Source: the human T2T-CHM13v2.0 reference genome, Homo sapiens
Direction: 5' to 3' (one strand)
Length of the DNA stretch: 64,000 nt
NCBI RefSeq assembly: GCF_009914755.1
Contig: NC_060947.1
Made by a program: the position numbers and the translations under genes. The number at the start of each line of letters is the position of its first letter. Within the stretch, counting starts at the first letter, position 1. Of this stretch, positions 14,418 through 32,400 are shown piece after piece. The notes under the pieces are model-generated. The model ran no database searches and was not told the origin of the DNA. It saw nothing but the letters and a program-made list of their open reading frames with translations.

Positions 14418-16231
14418 GTTTGTTTATTCTCTCAGAATTTAGGACCAGTGAAGTCTATAACCTGTATGAAAGGATTTTTGTTTTATTTTTCATAGCTTTA
14501 GGCTCAGCATGATCGATACTGTAGATGGGCAAACAGTAACAACTAGCGTTGCTCAAGTTGCTCAGAGACTGGCTGGTAACAATAAATAAACGGGTGTGAG
14601 GGACGGTCATTGAAATATGCAGTCTGGCCTTCAGCCTAACCCAATGTCACATTGTGATGATTTACTCTGGGTCTCAATGAGCAGAGGTGCTGCTATCATC
14701 ATCCCTTGGCCATCTAACATTATTCTGGATTCAGTGCCCACTAGAAATTATCTGACTTTTACCCCTCTTATTCTACCAGGTGCTCTTCATTCACCCATCC
14801 ATACCCCTTCACTCCCTCTATCTCCACAGAATCTGCTAGATTAAGATATCCTGGCTGAATGATGACCTTGTGGAAGCAGCCTCAGTCATGTCTACCTTGG
14901 CCTGAAGATATGTCCCAGAGCTTTGTTAACATGACACTAACTGATGGATCATCTAAGTTAGGGATATGAATTCAAAGTTTTTCTTTTAATGTTTACTTGT
15001 TCACTATGTACCTATTTATTACTGAGTTGAAACAGCAATTTTCACAGAAGTAGACATTTTGGTTTACATGTTTTTGTTTTCATGCCTGACCCACAAAGGA
15101 GATTTTATAAATCATTATGTTACTCCATTTGAATGCCCCCGGTAATATTTTTAAAAGATCTTTTGACAAGAGGCCCCAGCACATTGAATAGAAAAACTAT
15201 AAAAACTACAGAATATTTGACATAAAAATGATGCATTATTTCATGTTTCTAGTAGAAATCAGGACCTCATTAATCCTGATTTCTTGGCTAAGTTCAATGC
15301 TATATGTTAAGGAAACTGTCACCCTCCAGTCATACTGCAGATTTTCAGGGCAACCTAGAAACTTTGGAAGAAAATGCTGATATGAAAAACGAGTTTTGCC
15401 AAAGAAAGAGTACTGGGCAAACTTAGGCTGCAAACCCTCCATTCAGGAACCCTCTGAGGACCTGAGTTTTATCCTTTACAAAATGAGAAGATGGGCCTGT
15501 GAATCTCTTCTCCTAAGATAAACTTTGCTTCTGTTTTCCTTGATTACAAACTCTGTAGTTGCTCCATATGGTGGACTGTAGCTTAAAGAGTGTAGATATT
15601 AACTAGGGAGCTATAAATACTTTTTAAAATGATTAGAATGGAAACCAGCTTTTCTACACGCTAGTGTCTAATTTTCTCAGGATTGTAGGGTGTCTAAGTT
15701 TCTCGGGAGGCATTGTGAAACACTTGGAAGTAAACAAAGTACAAAAATTAATTCAAAAATATTTGAACTGAAAGTAGGAGCCAACAGCACTTTTATCAAG
15801 TTGTGAGAAAGAGTGTTAGGAAACCAAACAATGACTTTCCTTTCCTTCACCCCATATCAAATCAGTCACCATATTCTGCCAAGTATTCTCTGACAATATC
15901 TCTCATGTCTGTTACTTTCCATTTGCTGTGCTGCCATTCCCACTGCAGCCTCCTATCAATTAGCTGTTGGCATATTTTGAAAGCCCCTTGAGTGTTCTCT
16001 CTGCCTGCTTCTGTCCATCTTTGTCTATTATATTAACCTTTTACAAAGAACTAGAAATACCATTTGACCCACCCATCCCATTACTGGGTATATACCCAAA
16101 GGATTATAAATCATGCTGCCATAAAGACACATGCACATGTATGTCTATTGCGGCACTATTCACAGTAGCAAAGATTGGAACTAACCCAAATGTCCATCAA
16201 TGATAGACTGGATTAAGAAAATGTGGCACAT

Positions 16232-19388
<3,157 letters not shown>

Positions 19389-20419
19389 AAGAAAATGTGG
19401 CACATATACACCGTGGAATACTATGCAGCCATTAAAAAGGATGAGTTCACGTCCTTTGTAGGGACATGGATGAAGGTGGAAACCATCATTCTCAGCAAAC
19501 TCTCGCAAGGACAGAAAACCAAACACCGCATATTCTCGCTCATAGGTGGGAATTGAACAATGGGAACACTTGGACACAGGAAGGGGAACATCACACACCA
19601 GGGCCTGCTGTGGGGTGGGGGGAGAGGGGAGGGATAGCATTAGGAGATATATCTAATGTAAAAGATGAGTTAATGGGTGCAGCACACCAACATGGCACAT
19701 GTATACATATGTAACAAACCTGCAGGTTGTGCACATGTATCCTAGAACTTAAAGTATAATACTAAAAAAAAAAAAAAAAAAAGAAAAACAGAAATGCAAC
19801 GTGCTTTAAAGAAACATAAAGAAGAGACTTCTTCCTCAGTGGCTCTCTATTGCTCCTGAGAATAAGGTAAAACCCCATTTGTCTTAATTAAAATTAAAAA
19901 TAAATTAAAATTAATTAAAATTAAAGCTACTTATGCTTTGGCCCCAATTTTAATTCTCTGGCCTTAACTTTCACTGCCCCCTCACACCTCACAGGTATCT
20001 TTCTCTCCAGTCAAACAGGTTTATTGACTATGTCCTAAATACAGCTTCCATTCTGCACTGCTACCACCAAGCTTTTGCCAGTCCTTTTACTTCCTTGGAA
20101 ATATCCGATCTTATTGCCTTTACTTCTGCAACCTCCACCCATGCTTCCTAATACCCTCCCAATTTTGTTTTTTTCTTAAAGCATTCTCAAGACAATAAAC
20201 CAGAAGTGACCTCTTTTTCTTTTAATTCCTTTAACAATTGTTCATTTGGTCATGAATCTTCAGTTGCCTTCTTATTAAATTACATATTTGTAATTTTTTA
20301 TTATAGAAACAGTACAACATGGAAGAATTGTTTAAGAAAGGGGAGGGTGTTTGTGTGAGGAAGCCAAACCAGAATCCCAGGTTCCTAAATGGAAAACTTG
20401 CTGTTTTTGTGAGCATAGG

Positions 20420-20600
20420 TTTTGCATCCAGTATATCATCATTTATGATCTTTGTGACTTTGGACTAGTGCTTAGCATGTCTAAGTCTCAATTTTCTCAT
20501 CTGGAATATAAAAACAAAACAACCTTATTTCCCAGAGATTCTATGAATATTAAACAGGGCAATATATGTGTGAATCAGAGTAGAAATAGCTTAGCCTGAA
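20420..20600 (+). mobile_element. MIR SINE relic
   Basis: tgtgactttggactagtgcttagcatgtctaagtctcaattttctcatctg. Confidence 0.6.
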
Positions 20601-21287
20601 AAAAGAGGACCAGCAAATTTTCAAATACTGATTGCAATTTTTATATTCCATGTCAGCCATGTTTTATGTACATTTTCAATCAACAATGTTTTCTAAGCAT
20701 ATTTTTTGCTGCCATCTTCAGACAGACTATTTATAATAGTTTGGCAACAATCTGTAGTGTGCATGGATTATACTTCACCTAAGCCTCTTCCTATTGTTAA
20801 GTACTTGGGCTGCTTCCCCTATTCTGTTGTTATTGTAGACAATATTTTGATTAATATTTTTAGGCATAAAGTTTTTTTAGGTTTGGATGATTTTCTTAGA
20901 ATGAATTTCCAGAAATTATATTTTTGAGGAAAAGAGAATGCATATTGTTATGGCTCTTATGCCACTAACAATATAAGGTTACAACAATTTTATACACACA
21001 TTAGTTCTGTGTATCATCCTCTAATTTTAAAACTTATATATTATTCTAAATAGTATTTCTTTGTGTTTTCTTCTATTTCTTCAAACACTGTCGTAGTAAG
21101 GTTGAACATTTTTTCACATGTTGATTTACTGCTAGATCCTTTCTTATGAATTGTCTATTTTCTTTGCCCATTCATCTGCTAGGTTTTTAATGTCTTTGTT
21201 TCAATTTCTATGGGCTCATCAAAAAGACTACAAACAATACTCTCTTGTCATTTCTTTTGCTAGATTTTATTGGTTCATTATTTTTAA

Positions 21288-21721
<434 letters not shown>

Positions 21722-22410
21722 GATGTTACAATGTTATTTTAGTGTATTGTTATTTAACTATTTTCTATCTAGATTATGAACTCCCTAAATTGAGGTATCC
21801 TGCCTTTATGCTATAAACACAGATCACAAAAAGGACTGGCTTGTGAGTTAGAAAACCTGTACTTGAACCCACGTCATAATTGCTATGTCACTTTTGACGT
21901 CTTTTAATTTATCTTGGCTCCTATAAAATAAAGACTGCCTTATGCTTTCTTTATAAGTTATTAGGCTAAACAGATGTGCCAATATACATATGAAAGTTTT
22001 GTATACTGTAATTCACCATTAAATGAGTCAGTTGTAATTTTGTGCATGCCCAACAGTGCCTGGCACAGTGCTGCCATGATAAGAGGTTCTCAGTAAAGTT
22101 GTTTAATTTGAATTTAATGGGGGTTATAATATATTAAGAAAAAGGAGAGAAAAGTCACTGTATTAGATACTCATTTTAGCCATCGTTGCTACTTATATAT
22201 TAAAAATTTTCTAGTATAAAATGAATTGCAAATAGTCTACCTTATTGTATGGTCTGTGTCTTTGTTTGATTTGAGAAATGTGGTATCCTTGACTATAACC
22301 TTCTTGTTAATGGTTATTAGCCAGGTAATTTTGAAGCTAGCTGTTGTTTGATCTTTAACCATACAAAAAACAAAAACAAAAACAAATACAAAACAAAAAC
22401 AGAAGTGTAC

Positions 22411-22482
22411 TTTAAGGAAATTTTGAAAACTTTATCGCTGTCGCAAAGTGAAAATCACACATGCTTAAGGATACATGATTGT
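22411..22482 (-). pseudogene. Candidate exon, 72 nt, phase 2-2: QSCILKHV*FSLCDSDKVFKISL
   Basis: Acceptor attatcttttatttag, weak donor gtacac, retained CpGs, one TGA. Confidence 0.3.
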
Positions 22483-22670
22483 CTAAATAAAAGATAATCT
22501 GGAAAATCAGGGTTTAAAGCAATGTTTAAGAACCCAAAAGATCATCTTAGTTTTTTTTTTTGTTTGTTTTAAACCTGCTCTGTGAAACATAGAAATACTT
22601 CAATGAACTGGCAGTGGTAACATTTTGGAAATGCTTTTAGTTATGTGATATTTGTGTCAAGAAATAAAGA

Positions 22671-23042
<372 letters not shown>

Positions 23043-23322
23043 TTAAATTAGAGAATGTGAAACTGCAGATAAAATGTCTACCTCCATTTATGAAGAAACT
23101 CTATACAGTGAAGTATGAAGCCATAACAAACAAAACATATTTACAAATCAAAATGAAAAGGCACCAGTTCTTTATGAGTTTCTGAAAAAAACATTCCACT
23201 GATATTTCAGTTACTTAAAAACAAAACCTTCTGACAAAGTACATATGTGTTACATATCCAAATGTGATGTGGGTAAGACAAAAAAATTATGTTCACAGTT
23301 TTAACGAAGCTAAAATTCTTAC

Positions 23323-23460
23323 CCCAGTCTTTTAAAATATTTTAAGTTATTCAATATTAGATTCTTTGGCAATGTTAGTGAAAGATTCTTTAAGTAATGT
23401 AAAATAAAATACAGTATTTCTGTCAATTCTTCTTATGGTAACTGTCTTTCCTCATCATGT
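23323..23460 (-). pseudogene. Candidate exon, 138 nt, phase 2-2: HDEERQLP*EELTEILYFILHYLKNLSLTLPKNLILNNLKYFKRL
   Basis: Acceptor tttgacatttatag, donor GG|gtaaga, one in-frame TAA. Confidence 0.5.
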
Positions 23461-23572
23461 CTATAAATGTCAAATTAAATAGAAAACAAAGTCAAACTCA
23501 ATATGTACTAGAAAAAAATTAGCTTAGATTTTTGAAATAAATGCAATTCGTAAAGGAATTTGGAAAATATAC

Positions 23573-23664
23573 CTGAGTAACAAACTCTTGCATTGGCCTC
23601 GAAAGGGTGATAAAGATCAGAGGCAGGGGGATGAGCAGAAGTATTAATAGAAATGTAAAGAACC
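23573..23664 (-). pseudogene. Candidate exon, 92 nt, frame ambiguous (e.g. VLYISINTSAHPPASDLYHPFEANARVCYS)
   Basis: Acceptor catcatctttag after a long pyrimidine tract, donor CAG|gtatat. Confidence 0.5.
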
Positions 23665-24518
23665 CTAAAGATGATGTATAGATGAGAGAGTGTGGTTTCA
23701 GTAAGGGAAAAAAGAAGAGAAAAGGAAAAGAAAGTGGAAGAAAGAGAAAGGAGAAAAAAAATCTCTAAGCAACAAAATTCTAAGGGAATTACTTTATGTA
23801 GTGTGAAGTAGTCCAACTTCATGGCATTTGTTCTACCAACAGTCTGTAGTGGTTGTTAAGATCTTAATTTTTAACTCATTGAGGTCTAATGAAGATTTGT
23901 TTTTGGTATCCTTTAACGGTTTTTCTTTATATTCTGCATGGCATTGTATTGCAATAGGCTTATTTGTGTGTTTGGCTCCTAGACTCTCTAATAGACTCCC
24001 TAAAATTAGAGCCCTCCTTTTTAGGGCCTATTACGGGAACTTGTACATGAGTGTAGGCGCTCAGTATGAGTTATACATAGGGATCTCAGTCAGATTAAAT
24101 TATCAATTATCTTTAAAAACTAAAGTATTTTGTTAGTGTTTCTGCATTCACAAGATCTATTTTTCATGCACTTTAGAATTTTTACATTCTTTGTTCAATT
24201 TTCAGAGACATTTAAACAACACCCCTTCAATCCAGCATTTTACTTAAGACCAGGTTTGTCTTGGAATGTTAATAGAATGAAATATGTAAATATACCAACT
24301 GTGAAACAAATAGTATTATAGAAACAATAAACAAAACTCTAAACAAGAATATTCAAAAAGAATATTTTTGTAAAGAGTGGAGTAAGAAGATGGAAATTGT
24401 TTTCAGCACATCTAAGGAGAACTGTCTGTTAAACCAAAATGAAATCCATTTTAAACATCAAATTTTATTATTAATTTATGACTACTGATTAGATAATTTT
24501 TTTTTCTTTCCTAAGAAA

Positions 24519-24816
24519 GGCCATGCATGGTGGCTCACACCTGTAATACCAGGACTTTGAAAGACTGAGGCAGGAGAATGACTTGAGGCCAGAGTTCAAG
24601 ACCATCCTGGGCAACATCTCTACAACTATTAAGAAACAAATAAACAAACAAACAGAAAAACTTAGCTGAGTGTGGTGGTGCACAACTGTAGTCCTAGCTA
24701 TTCAGGAGGCTAAGGCCAGAGTATAATGTGAATCCAAGAGTTCAAAGCTACAGTGAAGTTTGATTGCGGCACTGTACTCTGGGCAACAGAGTGAGATTCT
24801 GTCTCTAAAAAAAAAA
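24519..24816 (+). mobile_element. Alu (AluJ-like)
   Basis: Diverged dimeric Alu. Confidence 0.9.
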
Positions 24817-24819
24817 TGA

Positions 24820-25490
24820 AAGAGATACTGGCAAAGTTGTGGAGAAAAGGGAATGCTTATACGCTGTTGATGGAGATGTAAATTAATTCAACCACCGTGG
24901 AAAGTAGTTTGGAGATTTCTCAAAAAACTTAAAACAGAACTACCATTCAACCCAGCAATCCCATTACTAGGTATATGCTCAAAGGGAAATATATAATTCT
25001 ACCAAAAAGACACATGGTCGTACATGTTCATTGTGGTACTATTCACAATAGCAAAGACATGAAATCAGCCTAAGTGCCCATCCACAGTGGATTGGATAAA
25101 GAAAATGTGGTACAAATACACTGTGAAATACCATGCAGTCATAAAAAGAATAAAATTGTGTCATTTGCAGCAACATGGATGCAGCTGGAGGCTGTTAACC
25201 TAAGCAAATTAATGCAGGAACAAAAGACCAAATACCATGTGTTCTCACTTATAAATGGGAGCTAAACATTGTGTACGCGTGGACACAGAGATGGGGACAA
25301 TAGATACTAGGGACACCAAAACAGGGAAAAAGGCTGAAAAACTACCTATAAGGTACTATGCTTGCTCTCTGGGTGACAGGATCAAGTGCACCCCACCCTC
25401 AGCATCACACAATAAACCTATGTAACAAATCGTCACATGTACCCCCCGACTCTGAAATAAAAGTTGAAATTGAGAAAAAGAAAAGTAAAA
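24820..25490 (+). mobile_element. LINE-1 3' end (L1PB-like)
   Basis: ORF2 C-terminus (SFAATWMQLE) and 3' UTR. Confidence 0.88.
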
Positions 25491-26541
25491 ACAAAACTCT
25501 TAACAACAAATAAAGTAAAGTACCTTCATTCCTTAAAGCTTTTGCTTGTGTTGTTTCTTTGCTCCGGAAAGCCACCCACTCCCACCTGTTCTACCTACTA
25601 TCACGCATTTATCTCTAAAGTTCTAAATTAAATGGCACTTTAACCTTGACATTCCTGATACTTTCTAGTCATGATTAACATTACCCTTTCCCTCCTCTGT
25701 GCTCTGGTAATATGCTGTTTATCTACTTGAATATTTAAAATCACAGAGCTAGAATCAGAGTTAAAAAGGACCTGAGAAATAATGCGGTTCAATCTAGCCC
25801 TCTTACATTGTAACTGAGTCACATAAGTAATTAGCACTTCCCTTTGTTATTAGAGTTATTTGTGAACACATACATTTTCCCCACTAAACTTATACACTCC
25901 TTGAATGTTTATGTGTTTTTGTCTCTTCACATCTCTGTCAGTGCCCTGCAAAAAAGGGAGTGCTCAATAAATGCTTACTGAATGAATCTTGCAAAATGAA
26001 TGGATGAATGAATGAATGGCACAGCCTCTGGCAAAATGGTGACTTTGCTTTTTAACACCCTCTTAAGTACTGCTCCTCTTTTTTATCATTGGCCACTTCC
26101 ACTACTTTGTCTGAAACCTCATTTTGTCATGCTGATCCCTGGTACATCTAGGTACTCTGTGATAGTGGCCTCAAGAAAGTGAGGGCAGTCTTTCCATAAT
26201 TTCTCCATCTAAAGTCTCTACCACCTGTTGCACATAGAGCCGGCCCAGCTAAATCACTTGATATCTTCTGTAGAGCATGTGTGATACATTTTTGTGTCAT
26301 CTGGTTTGGCTGCACTCAGATAAAGTTTTTTCTTTCCTCAGCTCAATGTGTTTTCCCCTTCTCCCATCCTGTTTTTCCTAAACAAAGAACTTTCTTCTAC
26401 TTGACTGTTGTTAGTATTTGAATTAATGTAAATTCTTTAACATCTACTCCTATTCCCTGTGGTGGTTTATTGTTTAGGAATTCCACAAAGGGTTAGTGAT
26501 TTTCCAGGAAATATTGACAATAGCAGAAAGAGACCATTCAC

Positions 26542-26652
26542 CATGAAAAGAAGAGATATTAACATTGACACGTCTGTTTTGAAGGTTTTAAGGATCACTT
26601 GGAATAACCAAACTAAATTAAACCCTTCAGAAGCTAATGCCTTACTGATATA
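26542..26652 (-). pseudogene. Candidate exon, 111 nt, phase 0-0: YISKALASEGFNLVWLFQVILKTFKTDVSMLISLLFM
   Basis: Acceptor ctctaacttttaag, donor ATG|gtgaat, open frame. Confidence 0.4.
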
Positions 26653-26833
26653 CTTAAAAGTTAGAGAAACAGTAATGGTGAGATGTCAAATGACCACTTA
26701 TCCAGTAAGAGTAGAAAATACAATGATAGGAGGCTTGTTGAGTTGAAAGTCATGTTAACGGTCACATAGTCTAATTTCTGGACTGTTTGATGACTTCGTA
26801 TTTGCTAGATTATTAGTAAAATTTGTAGAGTTC

Positions 26834-27151
26834 GGCTGGACATGGTGGCTCATGCTTGTAATCCCATCATTTTGAGAGGCTGAGTCAGGGTGATTGCTGG
26901 AGCCCAGGAGTTTGAGACCAGCCTGGGCAATGTAGCAAGACCTCTGTCTCTATGAAAAAAGGAAAATTTAAAAAAAAAAAAGCCAAGTATAGTGTCGCAC
27001 GCATGTAGTCCCAGCTACTAGGGAGGCTGAGGTGGGAGGATTACTTTACCCCAGGTGGTTGAGGCTGCAGTGAGCCATGATTGCACCACTGCACCCCAGC
27101 CTGGGCAACAGAGCAAGATCCTGCCTCAAAAAAATAAATAAATAAAATAAA
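26834..27151 (+). mobile_element. Alu (AluJ-like)
   Basis: Diverged dimeric Alu with (AAAT)n tail. Confidence 0.92.
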
Positions 27152-27176
27152 TGCAGATTTCGATGACTTTACTCAC

Positions 27177-27301
27177 CCAGGTATTTTCAGAAGTTTCATT
27201 GTGTGGTTGTAGGTTGGTATGCAAAGGTATATAAAAGTTTATATACACACATTTTGAGCATAGGTTTGGAATAAACTTTGGAATGACTAAAGTCAAAAAA
27301 T
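27177..27301 (-). pseudogene. Candidate exon, 125 nt, open in phase 1-0: (D)FLTLVIPKFIPNLCSKCVYINFYIPLHTNLQPHNETSENTW
   Basis: Acceptor tatgtattttcag, consensus donor TGG|gtgagt. Confidence 0.55.
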
Positions 27302-28416
27302 CTGAAAATACATATGAACTCATCTCGTTTTTCAAAATAAAAGTTGTTAAATTAAAGATGGGAGTTTTATAATTTAGGTTTTCTAAATTACAAAACAGAG
27401 AAACTCTTCTGATATGTGTATACACATGCATATATGTATTCTCTTCCGTTGTGGTGTTTAGTACAGGAAGTAGGTGAGAACATTCAATGAAGACAATAAA
27501 AGGAAGTGACATATGGCTAAGGCACCTGAAAACTTCAGAAAATGTGATGCTAATTTGGAGTTCAGTAAAGTTTACTTTAAATGTATCTTTAAATCTGTCG
27601 CCTGACTTTGTATTCTACTACATAGAGATAGTGGTAGATAACAGAATGAAGGCAAGTACAGTATGTATAATCAAAGGAATCAGGTATCCGAGAAAGAGCT
27701 GTGAAAATATAACTAACTTAAAACTTTATTTACTTGTCAAAAGATGCTACATTTGATTGCGAGGACTGGTAGTCTCTGTTTTTCTAACTTCTGAGCATGC
27801 ATATTCCAGTAAGTTCAGTGTTATTAAAATATATATGCTCTCTATCTTATAAAAAATTTTGAAAATCAAAAGTTTGAGTAGGTTAAATGCCACAGAACAA
27901 CAATTATTTCATACAGTTTGTTGATAAGTTCTAAAGAAGGGAAATGAAGATTTCATTAAGGGAATGGAGCTTCATATGTACATCCTCTTTTGGGGAGTTG
28001 TCATGCTTCTGGGTCAGGATGCAAATGGAATGGGGAGGAGGAAACGGAGTATTTGCCCAATCTTTTCTACAGATCACTACAAATAGGTAAATTATATAAA
28101 AATTAAAATAAGTAAATATGACTGAATTTTACACTCTCATCCCTTCTTCTACCTCAAAGAAACAAACTATTTTAATGCTCTTTGGTAGAAAGTGCATTCC
28201 CATATTTTCCCCACATTTTTATGTTAAATTTCACATTACGTAAGATAACATATACTCACAGATCTAGTACATGCTTATACAGTGGGCTTTAAAGAAAATA
28301 AAACCAAACAATTAGTAAAGAATTTTCTGTTTGATTCATATTCAACTTTTATACATTTTGGATAGCTAAGGGTTTATATTCCCTGCCAAGTGTTTTATCT
28401 CCATTTCTAGATGTAC

Positions 28417-28510
28417 CAGTTGTTTTTATAGAGATAATGACTCTTAGATTAAATGTTTCTTGAATGTGGAAATATGATAATATCATGAAGAGTTCTTTGA
28501 TGAGACAATG
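28417..28510 (-). pseudogene. Candidate exon, 94 nt, open in phase 0-1: HCLIKELFMILSYFHIQETFNLRVIISIKTT
   Basis: Strong pyrimidine tract ttcttttcttcttttcattcttcaag; weak donor gtacat. Confidence 0.45.
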
Positions 28511-28966
28511 CTTGAAGAATGAAAAGAAGAAAAGAATCAGCCAGAGAACAAACATTTAGAACCCATGTACTCTATCACATAATTTCTCATAAACATAAAC
28601 TATGCTTCTTCTGTCTTCGGTAATAAATAAGATATTCTTGCCAGTCATTTTCTCTATGACTTGGACATATGTCATCCTAAGCAAATAATTGTACTCTAAC
28701 TCTTATCCAATCTCTTTAATTTTGGCATTTACACTGAACTGTGAATATTTAGAATCTGTATTCCTAAAAATTTTTACTTCTTTTCAAATGTATATGGAAG
28801 TGAGAGTAAAGTAGAAAGGGTCATTTGAATCACAGTGAATTCTCTTGAATTCATACTAAAATTTAAGGATTGCATACTCAATATTTAGCATATACTAAAA
28901 TTAAATTATTGGGTCATTCAGAATTAGAGCTCTTATAATGAAATCACAAAATAACCCCCGAAACAC

Positions 28967-29058
28967 TTGGTTTTGCAGTTCTCTTCTCTGTGTGCCCCTC
29001 CTCAATCTTTCAAAAAATATTATGAGATCAACGAGGCAAAGGCACACGGGAGAGGTCA
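28967..29058 (-). pseudogene. Candidate exon, 92 nt, phase 2-1 reading DLSRVPLPR*SHNIF*KIEEGHTEKRTAKP
   Basis: Acceptor tatttcactctag, weak donor gtgttt, retained CpGs; fits only the alternative exon chain. Confidence 0.3.
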
Positions 29059-29424
29059 CTAGAGTGAAATATGTACGTGTGTAGATAGAATTGGGGTGGT
29101 GGAGAACATGAGACAATTTGGTTTCAGGTGAACTGCATAAAAGCTAACAACAAAAGCATTCTAGAGCGACTTTTAATTACTAGATTGCAATGGACCTCCA
29201 AACAGTGACATCATTACAGATCTATAGAAACCATGTGAAAGTGTGCATGCTTAAAGTGTAATTACCTCAGCACCATAAATACTGCCCTAAAATAAGATAG
29301 CATCTAATAAGATGGATATATATAAAATCTTTTAATAGTCATGCCCAAGGCTAATAATAAAAAATAGTATCAGCATTAGTGGTAAGTTTAACCTTATCCA
29401 AAATATTATTTTTGAGAATCTTGA

Positions 29425-32400
29425 GAGAACAAGAGCAAGATGGCAGAGTAGAAAGCTACCCTAATCGTCCCTTCCACAAAGACACCAAGTACACTACTAT
29501 CTACACAGAAAAAAAAAAAAATTTGGCCAAGCATGGTAGCTCACACCTGTAATCCCAGCACGTTGCAAGGCTGAGGCGGGTGGATCACTTGAGATCAGGA
29601 GTTTGAGACTAGCCTGGCCAACATGGTGAAACTCCATCTCTACTAAAAATACAAAAATTAGCTGGTGTGGTGGCGCATGCCTGTAATCCCAGATACTTAG
29701 GAGGCTGAGGCAGGAGGATCACTTGAACTGGGAAGTGGAGGTTGGAGTAAGCCGAGATCGGGCCACTGCACTCCAGCCTGGGTGACAGGGCAAGACTCAG
29801 TCTCAAAACCAAAAACATAAAAACCAAACAAACAAAAAAACAAACTTTCATGAGAACCAAAAATCAGGTGAGCACTCACAGAACCTGGTTTTAACTTCAT
29901 ATCACTGAAAGAGGCACTGAAGAGATAGAAAAAAAAGTCCTGAATCACTGATGCCACTGCTCTCCTATCCCCAGCAGCAGAATCATGGTACAGAGAGCAT
30001 CTCTGGGTGTTCAGGGAGGGAGAACACAGCAACTGTAAGGCACTGAACACAGTGCTGCCCTGTTAGGGCAGAAAGGAAAACAAGATCAAACTCAGCTGAT
30101 GCCTGCCTACACAGGAAGCATTAAAACCAGCCCTAGCCAGAAGGGAATCGCCTAGCCCAGCAACTAGAACTTGATTTTCTGCAAACCTCACCACTGTTTG
30201 CGGGCTACAACACTCCGAGTCTCCAAGTAAACTTGAAAGACATTCTAGTCCATAAGGACTGCAAATATTACGCGAGACCTAGAGCTGACTAGGCCCAGAG
30301 ATGATGTACTGGAGGGGCGTGGGGCATACTAAAACACAAGCTGGGGCAGCCAAGGTAGTGCTGGCATCACCCCTCCCCTAACCCCAGGCTGCACAGCTAC
30401 AGGTTCCAAAAGAGACTACTTCCTTCTGCTTGATGAGAGATGAGGGAAGAGTGAGAGGACTTTGTCTTGCATCTGGGATACCAGCTGAACCACAGCAGAA
30501 TAGGGCACTGATAAGAGTCATGAGGCCCCCATTCCAGGCTTTAGCTCCCAGGCAACATTTCTAGACACACATTGGGCCAGAAGGGAACCCATTGCCTTGA
30601 AGGAAAAGACTCCATCCTGACAGCATTCATCACCTGCTAAATGAAGAGCCCTTGGGCCCTTAATAACCAGTAGTGATACACAGGTACTACATCGATGGCC
30701 TTGGGTAAGCCTCTGAGACTTGCTGGCTTCAGGTAAGACTTAGGACATTACCAGCTGTGGTGGCTACGGAGCAAAACTCCTTCTGGAGAAAAGCAGAGGG
30801 AAATATAAAGGGTACTTTTTCCTGCACTTCAGGGCACAAGCACCACCACAGAGGGGTAGAGCATCAAGTGGGCTCTTAGGGTCCCCGATTCCAGGACTTA
30901 ACTCTTGGACAGCATTTCCGGACCCGCCCTAAGCCAGAGGGAAGTCCACTTCCCTAAAGGGTGAGTCCCAGGAAAGGCAGCATTCACCACAAGCTGACTT
31001 AAGAGACCTTGGGCCTTAAGAGAACATCAGTAGTAGTATTACAGTACTCCTTATGGCCTGGAATTCTGGTGGCTTAAGGGGTGAGGCTCCTCTGACTTTG
31101 GAAAGGGGAGGAAAGGGAAAGGAAGAGTGAGAAGGACTATGTTTTGTGATTTGAGTGCCAGCTTAGCTACAATACAATAGAACACCAAGTAGACTTCTAA
31201 TAATTTTTAATCCAGTCCCAGTCTCCCGGATGGCCCTTCTGGACCCAACTGGGGCCTGGGAGACCACACTGTCCTAGGGGAAGGACACAAGCCTGGCTCA
31301 CATTGCCACTTGCTGACTGTAGAGTCCCAGGGCCTTGAGTGAATATAGGCAGTAGCCAGGAAGTCATTACAACAGGTCATGGGTGAGACTCAGTGCTATG
31401 CTGGCTTTAGGTTTGACCCAGTGCAGTCATAGTAGTGGTGGTCACATGGGTAGTTGTGTCTTTTTACCCCCAGCTTTACCTGGCTCTGAGTGTAAAGAGA
31501 GACTGTATGTTTGGGAGAAAGTAAGGGAAGAGGACAAGTCTCTGCCTGGTAAACCAGGGAATTCTCTTGAATCTGATCCAAGACCATCAAGTCAGTACCT
31601 CTATGAGTCTGCAAGAATCACAGCATTATTGGACTTGGGGTGCCCCCTAAAACAGGTACAGCTGAGATCACAAAACCCAAATCCTCTAAACTATCTGGAA
31701 AGAATTTCAAAGAAGGACGGGTACAAACAAGCCCGGAGAGTGGACTTATATACCTAATACCCCAATGCCCAGACACTGAAGGCCATGTTCTAGCATCAGT
31801 GGCATTCAGGAAAACATGACCTCACCAAATGAACTAAATAAGGCACCAGGGGTCAATCCTGGAGAAACAGAGATATGTGACCTTTCAGACAGGGAATTCA
31901 AAATAATTGTGTTGAGAAAACTCAAAGAAATTCAAGATGACACAGGGAAGAAATTCAGACTTTTATCAGATAAATTTAACAAAGAGATAGAAATAATTAA
32001 AAAGAATCAAACGAAATTCTGGAACTGAAAAATGCAATAGGCATACTGAAGACCATATCTGTCCTTTAATAGCAGAATTGATCAAGCAGAAGAAAGAATT
32101 AGTGAGCTTGAAGACAGGCTACTTGAAAATATACAGTCAGAGGAGACAAAAGAAAAAAGAATAAAAAACAATGAAGCACAACTAGAGGATCTAGAAAATA
32201 GACTCAAAAGGGCAAATCTAAGAGGTATTGGCTTTAAAGAGGAGGTAGAGAAAGAGATAGAAGTAGAAAGTTTGTTAAAAGGGACAATAACAGAGAACTT
32301 CCCAAACCTAGGGAAAATATCAATATGCAAGTACAAGGTTATAGAACAAGCCAATTTAACCCCCAAAGACTACCTCAATGCATTTATTAATCAAAGTCAC

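Noticed and set aside
6006-15355. VALK (near 15355) and DFG (near 6109) suggesting a kinase
   Set aside because: The VALK frame has several stops, no HRD, APE or glycine loop was found, and such short motifs arise by chance
26459-26746. Plus-strand 95-aa ORF with a possible acceptor (also the plus ORF at 42909-43187)
   Set aside because: No good donor or partner exons on plus; overlaps better-supported minus-strand candidates, so likely a shadow ORF
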